A DNA stretch of 42,785 nucleotides from an uncultured Rhodospirillaceae bacterium (lineage in GTDB: Bacteria; Pseudomonadota; Alphaproteobacteria; Rhodospirillales; UBA2165), in contig CAZBQG010000004.1 in assembly GCA_964493945.1 (NCBI GenBank), positions 1-42,785 on the forward strand, in the 5' to 3' direction. Position numbers and translations under genes: made by a program. Under the pieces are notes generated by a model. That model did not search any database and was not told where the DNA came from. It worked only from the letters and a program-made list of their open reading frames with translations. Numbering within the stretch: position 1 is the first letter of the stretch; every line of letters starts with the position of its first letter. Of this stretch, positions 37,496 through 42,785 are shown piece by piece.

Positions 37496-39195
37496 ATGAC
37501 CTCAGAAGGCGTGGGCCCAGCCCGCATCCATCCCGACCTGGCCCAGCACACAGGCGCCATGGTCGAAAATGTCTATACCCTGAAGGGGTATATTCACACG
37601 GCCTTCGCCTATGCGCCCTCCAATTGCACGCTTATTGAAGGCGAAGACGGGCTTATCCTGGTGGACAGCCTGTCGACGGTGGAAAATGCGGAACGCGCCC
37701 ATGAGGCCTTCCGCAAAATAACCAACAAACCCATCAAGGCGGTGATTTTCACCCATTGCCACGCAGATCATGTGAGCGGCGTGGAGGTCTTTGTCTCCGA
37801 AGAAGATGTGGCCGGTGGTGTGTAAATCATCGCCCATGAAGAGCTTTCCCGGGAGCTTTTCCATAGCGGCGGCATGTTGGTGCCGGTCCTGGGGCGGCGC
37901 GCCATGTATACCTTCGGCACGCAGCTGCCGGACGGCGAGGAAGGCAATGCGGGATCGGGACTGGGGCCCATCAACCGGGAGGGAACGCGGGGTCTCATGC
38001 TGCCGACCCGTGAATTCAGCGGCCATCTGGAATTGGAGATCGCCGGCATCCGCCTGGAACTGGTCCATTTGCCGAGCAAAACCGATGATCAGATCGCGGT
38101 CTGGCTGCCCGGCGACAAGGTGCTGATTTCAGCCGACATCATCCAGGGGCAGACCCTGCCCAATATGTACGCCATCCGCGGTAACAGCTTCCGCAGCCCC
38201 ATGCCCTGGGTGCGGGCGGTGGATGCGCTGCGTGAACATGAGGCGGAAATCCTTATTCCACATCATGGAGAACCGGTGGAAGGGGCTGCAGAGGTGGAAG
38301 ACATGCTCACCGCCCACCGCGACGCCATGCAATATCTGCATGATCAGACCGTGCGCCGCATGAATCTGGGCTGGACGCCGGACGAAATCGCCGAAAAAGT
38401 GGTCATGCCAGGGCATCTGGCGGCTCATCCGTGGCTGGGGGATACTACGGTGCCTACAAACACTGCGTGAGAGGCATTTATTCCGACTATCTGGGCTGGT
38501 TTGAAGGCGATCTGGTGGATCTGGACCCTCTTCCCCGGGATGAGCGGGCGGCGCGTTATGTGGCGCTGATGGGTGGGCGGGAGCGTCTTTTGGTGGAATC
38601 CCGTAAGGCGCTGGATACAGGTGAATATCAATGGGCTGGTGAATTGGCCACCTGGCTGGTGCGCGCCAATGTTGAGGACCCGGAGGCCTGCCAATTGAAG
38701 GCCGATGCGGTGCGCCAATTCGGCTATGAGTAAAAAAACACCAATTGGCGCAATGGGTCTCTGACCACGGCCCTGGAATTGGAAGGCAAGCTCAAATCCG
38801 GACAGAAAGGCCTGCCTATGGGAGGGCCTAAAACCATTGCCCGCTTTCCGTTGGCAGGAATTCTGGAAATGATGACAGTGCGTTTGCGGGCGGAAGACGC
38901 CTTGGACACTCATATGGCCCTGGCTTTCGCCACCACGGACACGGATGAGGTCTGCGCTCTTGAAATCCGCCAGGGTGTTTGCCAGTTTCATGCCGCGCCC
39001 CCCGTCAGCACGGATGCCACATTAACTTTCCTGCGCCAGTTCATGACCGAATTTGCAGTCGCCAGAACCAGCTTTGCTGAGGGCCTTGAGGCAGGCGAGG
39101 TGACACTTGTCGGCAATCTGGAAGCAGTGGAAAATTTCTTTATGCTTTTTGATTCCATTACTGGAACACCGGAGATCATAATTGCCGGCAGATAA
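37496..39195 (+). pseudogene. SdsA1/YjcS-type alkyl-sulfatase (MBL fold + SCP2-like C-domain), inactivated
   Basis: Four track ORFs concatenate into one sulfatase, with the MBL motif THCHADH, then GYYGAYKHCVRGIYSDYLGWFEG, and an SCP2-like tail. Three lesions interrupt it: an in-frame TAA at 37823-37825, a frameshift at the G5 run 38437-38441, and an in-frame TAA at 38731-38733. Confidence 0.8.
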
Positions 39196-39420
39196 AAGCA
39201 TTAATTTTATGATTGTTATCATAAAGAATTGTTGAACTTTTAAAATATAATAAAATGCCTATATAAAAATTTTTTAAATTATAAAAAACATTATATATAT
39301 GAAAATAAATAAAATTAACATAAATTATCCCATAAAAACAAAAAATACACAAAATTACTTATATTATCTCTATTGCGCATATCTTAAAAAATGTTGTACA
39401 AAAATTCCAACGATGGATCG
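39196..39420. promoter_or_regulatory. extreme AT-rich intergenic block upstream of the TctC-like gene
   Basis: I hand-counted 30 G+C in 200 nt (39201-39400), about 15%. It contains the hairpin/palindrome TTATGATtgttATCATAA (39207-39224), phased A/T tracts, and the palindrome TTGTACAA (39394-39401). Confidence 0.4.
39394..39401. promoter_or_regulatory. TTGTACAA palindrome, possible GntR-type GT..AC box
   Basis: A perfect 8-bp palindrome 70 nt upstream of GTG 39471. A GntR-family regulator is encoded in the same gene string. Confidence 0.2.
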
Positions 39421-39470
39421 CTTAATCAGATCTGTCGGGAAGGGTAATTGAAGACTAACAGGAGGATACG

Positions 39471-40580
39471 GTGCAAATTTCCAAAATCGCGGCGACCGGA
39501 CTGGCGGCAGTTGGTTTGGTCATTTCTTTGCCTGTCGGCCAAGCAGGCGCACAATTTTTGAAGGGCAAAACCGTTTCAATCATCGTACCGGCCAGCGCCG
39601 GCGGGGGTCTGACCCGCAATGCCAGGCGTTTCGCAGCCTTTTTTGAGAAACACATCCCCGGCAAGCCCAAGGTCATTGTCAAAAACATCGTTGGCGGCGG
39701 CGGCCAGAAGGGGATCAATTTCGTCTATTCCAAGGGCAAAAAAGACGGCACCACCTTGATGTGGGGGCCCTTGAACTTGGCGGGCATCGTTACCGGCCTG
39801 CCCGGCATCCGCTATAAGCCGTCTAAATTCACGGTCATCGGGGCGGCCGGCGGAACACCTTTCGTGACCATCGCCGCGGCCGATCTGGCACCCGGGATCA
39901 AACAGCCTAGTGACATCCTGAAAGCCAGTAATTTCGTCTCCGGCGGGCGCATCGTCGGCGGCGCGCTGGGCATGTATTCGATCATGGGGTTTGACCTTCT
40001 GGGCCTCAAATACCGCCATGTAACGGGATATCGCAACCAGCCCAAGCTCAAGGCCGCCTTGATGGGCAAGGAAATCAAGACCATCACTACCGGCGCGCCG
40101 GGCTTTTTCGCCTTTTATGAAAACGATCTTTTGAAGAAAAAGACGGCCACGGCTCTTTATTACCATCCGTCCCTGGATGCCGCCACGGGCAAGCCCTTTC
40201 TGGTTGGTGACCTTTATGGGAAAAACGTCAAACCCTTCGCTGAATTCTATAAATCGGTCAAGGGCAAGGCGCCATCCGGCATCAAATACGAAGCCTATCA
40301 ATGGTTTTCCACCTATATGACTTGGTCCAACACCCTGGTGGGCGCGCCGGGCATGGACAAAAGGGCTGCGGCGGATTTGCGCAAAGGCTATAAAGCGGCA
40401 TGGAACGATCCCCAGACCAAGGCGGTCTACAAAAAGGCGCTGGGTTCCTTGCCGGTTATCCTCATCGGTGATGAGATGAAGGAGGTTTTTGCCAATTTCC
40501 GCAAGATTTCCCCCGCCGCCTTGGCCGCCCTCAAAGGGACCATGGGGTTGGGGACCCGGAAAAAGGGCAAGAAAAAATAG
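39471..40580 (+). CDS. Bug/TctC-like periplasmic substrate-binding protein (divergent)
   Basis: GTG start 4 nt after an AGGAGGA SD. It has a signal peptide (AATGLAAVGLVISLPVGQAGA) and the pattern VSIIVPASAGGGLTRNARRFA...VIVKNIVGGGGQKG. The C-terminus is Lys-rich. Confidence 0.7.
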   Translation: MQISKIAATGLAAVGLVISLPVGQAGAQFLKGKTVSIIVPASAGGGLTRNARRFAAFFEKHIPGKPKVIVKNIVGGGGQKGINFVYSKGKKDGTTLMWGPLNLAGIVTGLPGIRYKPSKFTVIGAAGGTPFVTIAAADLAPGIKQPSDILKASNFVSGGRIVGGALGMYSIMGFDLLGLKYRHVTGYRNQPKLKAALMGKEIKTITTGAPGFFAFYENDLLKKKTATALYYHPSLDAATGKPFLVGDLYGKNVKPFAEFYKSVKGKAPSGIKYEAYQWFSTYMTWSNTLVGAPGMDKRAAADLRKGYKAAWNDPQTKAVYKKALGSLPVILIGDEMKEVFANFRKISPAALAALKGTMGLGTRKKGKKK

Positions 40581-40587
40581 GTTAGCC

Positions 40588-40600
40588 TTGGTATAACCAA
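40588..40600. promoter_or_regulatory. TTGGT-ATA-ACCAA inverted repeat, candidate FadR-subfamily GntR operator
   Basis: Perfect 5-bp arms with a 3-nt spacer, lying 33 nt upstream of the GntR start. It matches the tGGTnnnACCa form. Confidence 0.4.
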
Positions 40601-40632
40601 AGGAATTCCGGTTGGAAAAGGAGTAAAAAACC

Positions 40633-41307
40633 GTGACCACGGCGAAGGAAACGGCCTATACCCGGATCCGGTCGGAAATCCTTAGCGGCCATTTCCTGCC
40701 CGGCACCCAATTGCGGGAGTTGGAACTTGCCCAACTCTGCCAGGTCAGCCGCACGCCCGTCCGCCAGGCCTTCAGCGCCCTGGCTGATGAAGGGCTGGTG
40801 ACCATCAAAGCCAATCGGCGCTGTTATGTGTCCGAGGTCAGCGAAACCCAGTTCGAGGAAGTTTTTGACCTTCTGGCTATGCTCGAGGGCTACAGCGCGG
40901 GATTGGCCGCCATGCGCATCAATGAGAACCAAATCGCGGCGTTGGAAGAATTGGCCGGCCGGATGGAAAAGATCACGACGTCCTACCGTGACGAGGATTA
41001 CCGCGCATTCCTGGATCTCAATTACCAATTCCACAAAGCCATCCACGCCGCTTCGGGCAATGACAAATTGGAAGAGATGGTCGGGCGCATCGTCAATTTC
41101 CCTTCCAGTGTCTGCCTCAAATTTGGCCGTATCAACGCCCAGCAGATGCCGGCCACGGAGAGCCAGCACCGCCTGATCATTGATGCATTGAAAAGTGGTG
41201 ACCGGGAATGGGCCAGATTGGAGATGGCCAGACACGCCGAATCCGTGCGTCGTTCCTTCCGCCAATTGTGGCGCGATCAGCGAAAAAGTGAGGTTTTAGA
41301 GACATGA
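40633..41307 (+). CDS. GntR-family transcriptional regulator (FadR/FCD subfamily)
   Basis: An N-terminal winged helix (LRELELAQLCQVSRTPVRQAFSALADEGLV) and a helical C-terminal ligand domain. The start is GTG. Confidence 0.9.
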   Translation: MTTAKETAYTRIRSEILSGHFLPGTQLRELELAQLCQVSRTPVRQAFSALADEGLVTIKANRRCYVSEVSETQFEEVFDLLAMLEGYSAGLAAMRINENQIAALEELAGRMEKITTSYRDEDYRAFLDLNYQFHKAIHAASGNDKLEEMVGRIVNFPSSVCLKFGRINAQQMPATESQHRLIIDALKSGDREWARLEMARHAESVRRSFRQLWRDQRKSEVLET

Positions 41308-42425
41308 GCATTCTGCCAGCCTTTCCAAAAATTCATTTCGATTTCGGCGCAGTCCGCGGGTGGGAAGGCGAACTGATTGCCCATGGCGTGGTCCGGCCTT
41401 TGTTCATTACCGATGAAGGTTTGGTCGAGCACGGCGTGTTTGAAAAATTGCGGGCCGCCATCCCTTCCAATGTGGATTACACGCTGTTTGATAAAATCCC
41501 CGAAAACCCAACGGTCGCGGGGGTGGAGGCGGCGGCGGCGGCCTACCGGGAAAATGATTGTGACGGTATCGTGGCGCTGGGCGGCGGCTCGGTGCTGGAT
41601 TCGGGAAAATCCATCCGCATCGTGGTCAGCCATGAAGGAGAGCTTCAGGAACTGGCGGCCAATCCGGAACGCATCAAGCCCGGATTGCCGACCCTCATCA
41701 CGCTCCCCACCACCGCCGGCACGGGGGCCGAGATCACGGCCGGCGGCGGCATCCATCCGGCGCCTGATACCCATGCGTTTGGCGTCAGGAGCCCCCATAT
41801 ACAGCCCAGCGTGGCCATCTGTGATCCCGACCTGACCCTGGCCCTGCCGCCCCGCCTCACCGCCGGGACGGGCATGGATGCGTTGGGCCATTGCGTCGAG
41901 GGCATTTTCGCACCCACGGTCAATCCGCCGGTGGAAGCCATTGCGCTCGACGGCATCCGCCGGGTCTGCACCTATATTGAGCGTGCTGTCGAGGACGGCA
42001 CGGACCGGGAGGCCCGCTGGCATATGCTGATGGCCGCCCTGGAAGGGGGCATGGCCATCTATAAGGGATTAGGCCCGGTTCACACCCTGGCCCATATTTT
42101 CGGCGACCGCCCGGTCCATCACGGCGCCGCGGTGGCCATCGCCACGCCGGCCGTGGTGCGCTTTTGCGCGGGCGATGTGGGGGATAAGGGCGATAAGATT
42201 TTGGACGCCATGGGGCTGGCCAGGGGCAGCGATCTGGCTGATGGCATCGCCCAGCTAAACGAACGGGTGGGCATCCCGGCCACCATGCGCGAAATCGGCT
42301 ATGACGGCCAGGATGTGGACGGGCTGGCCCAGATGGGTCATGAAAACTGGTTCAACGCCACGGCGCCCAGGCACCCGTCGGTGGCGGAATACCGGGAAAT
42401 GATTGTGGAACTGCTGGGCACCTGA
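41304..42425 (+). CDS. iron-containing (group III) alcohol dehydrogenase
   Basis: Motifs ALGGGSVLDSGK and PTTAGTGAE. It has an ATGA overlap with the GntR gene. Confidence 0.9.
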   Translation: MSILPAFPKIHFDFGAVRGWEGELIAHGVVRPLFITDEGLVEHGVFEKLRAAIPSNVDYTLFDKIPENPTVAGVEAAAAAYRENDCDGIVALGGGSVLDSGKSIRIVVSHEGELQELAANPERIKPGLPTLITLPTTAGTGAEITAGGGIHPAPDTHAFGVRSPHIQPSVAICDPDLTLALPPRLTAGTGMDALGHCVEGIFAPTVNPPVEAIALDGIRRVCTYIERAVEDGTDREARWHMLMAALEGGMAIYKGLGPVHTLAHIFGDRPVHHGAAVAIATPAVVRFCAGDVGDKGDKILDAMGLARGSDLADGIAQLNERVGIPATMREIGYDGQDVDGLAQMGHENWFNATAPRHPSVAEYREMIVELLGT

Positions 42426-42686
42426 GCCTATAGGGTCACGTGTGGACGGCTCCCTTTTGGCAAGGGGTAAATTTGATGTTGCTGCAAATTGGTCGGGTGC
42501 TGTCATGTGTCCGGCCTGTTGATGCGGCACACATGGCCGCTGGCCCTAATGCGATCCGCGGGATCGGGTCCCAATCAAAACCACGCGCTTGATGCGCCTT
42601 GACCCAAACGGGTTTTCCCGACCCTCGGTTCGACCGATTTTGCATTACATCACTTTCACTCCGCCAAACTCTTTAACTCCTTCTGC

Positions 42687-42727
42687 CCCGTAGGGGTCCT
42701 AAGCTACCGGAACGGCTACGGGCTTTT
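42687..42727 (+). terminator. stem-loop plus T4, terminator-like
   Basis: CCCGTAG (42687-42693) pairs with CTACGGG (42716-42722) around a 22-nt loop that holds a CCGgaaCGG mini-hairpin. TTTT follows after one C, at 42724-42727. Confidence 0.25.
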
Positions 42728-42785
42728 GATATGAGCTACTCCCCAATTGTTAGACAGGTTTGGCGGCGATTTAAGCTACAGTCCG

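Noticed and set aside
37823-38733. The sulfatase interruptions might be sequencing or homopolymer errors, or stop-codon recoding.
   Set aside because: Two of the three lesions are in-frame TAA substitutions rather than indels. TAA also terminates several well-supported genes here, so recoding is unlikely. Only the G5-run frameshift could be a homopolymer artefact.
39325-39333. A TTATCCCAT DnaA-box-like 9-mer in the AT-rich block. I considered a replication origin or plasmid oriV.
   Set aside because: It is a single imperfect box with no iterons or box cluster. The window has no rep, par or dnaA gene, and its genes are ordinary catabolic genes.
39299-39451. A 50-codon ORF (MKINKININYPIKTKNTQNYLYY...) inside the AT-rich block. 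It is below the track cutoff.
   Set aside because: Its composition (Lys/Asn/Ile/Tyr) simply mirrors AT-rich DNA. There is no SD, and it ends inside the SD region of the next gene. It is more likely non-coding.
42627-42633. A GGTTCGA T-loop-like heptamer. I considered a tRNA, or a tmRNA acceptor piece, near the window end.
   Set aside because: I could not fold a cloverleaf on either strand. There is no acceptor stem or D-arm, the flanking stem is only 4 bp with a 5-nt loop, there is no CCA context, and no tag-peptide-like reading frame.
42436-42645. A 69-aa minus-strand ORF in the tail region.
   Set aside because: It has no SD, its sequence is Arg/Pro/Cys-rich and non-descript, and it spans several strong inverted repeats. 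It is more likely non-coding.
1-42785. I searched for mobile-element genes (transposase, integrase, recombinase, relaxase), CRISPR repeats, rRNA/tRNA genes, reverse transcriptase, toxin-antitoxin pairs and known defence-system signatures.
   Set aside because: None of the ORF translations carries the corresponding motifs (DDE, tyrosine or serine recombinase, Cas, RT YxDD, and so on). I found no regularly spaced direct repeats on reading the intergenic regions.

Overview
The window is GC-rich bacterial DNA, about 60-67% G+C in the rows I hand-counted, and it is almost fully coding. The gene content (Bug/TctC-type binding protein, many family III CoA-transferases) suggests a Proteobacterium, possibly an alphaproteobacterium; I cannot verify this. 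I found no rRNA, tRNA, CRISPR array, transposase, integrase or recognisable phage or defence gene. The region reads as a patchwork of small organic-acid and aromatic-acid catabolic modules.

**Modules, in order:**
- A TcuA-like flavoprotein, cut by the window edge.
- A translationally coupled MmgE/PrpD and CoA-transferase pair.
- A coupled module of an LVIVD beta-propeller, two flavoproteins and a small membrane peptide.
- An HMG-CoA-lyase-like gene facing a LeuCD-like hydro-lyase.
- Three different non-oxidative decarboxylase families (PhtD-like, amidohydrolase_2, UbiD) with a CoA-transferase.
- A 12-gene plus-strand run (25171-37409) of acyl-CoA ligases, a CoA-transferase, ACADs, crotonases and SDRs. 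It ends in an lva-like pair of an ACAD10/11-type ACAD and an APH-type kinase.
- A trio of TctC-like binding protein, GntR regulator and Fe-ADH.

**Gene wrecks sit at the module junctions:**
- a frameshifted dienelactone hydrolase that lacks its nucleophile segment;
- an internal multi-PAS fragment;
- a C-terminal cd1 (NirS-family) fragment;
- an alkyl-sulfatase with two in-frame TAA codons and one frameshift.

**Least explained items:**
- a compositionally atypical 526-aa orphan gene (21580-23160) with no motif I recognise;
- a roughly 220-bp trough of about 15% G+C (39196-39420);
- the LVIVD/flavoprotein module;
- a hairpin-rich non-coding tail (42426-42785).

All product calls come from reading motifs in the supplied translations. 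No homology search was possible.
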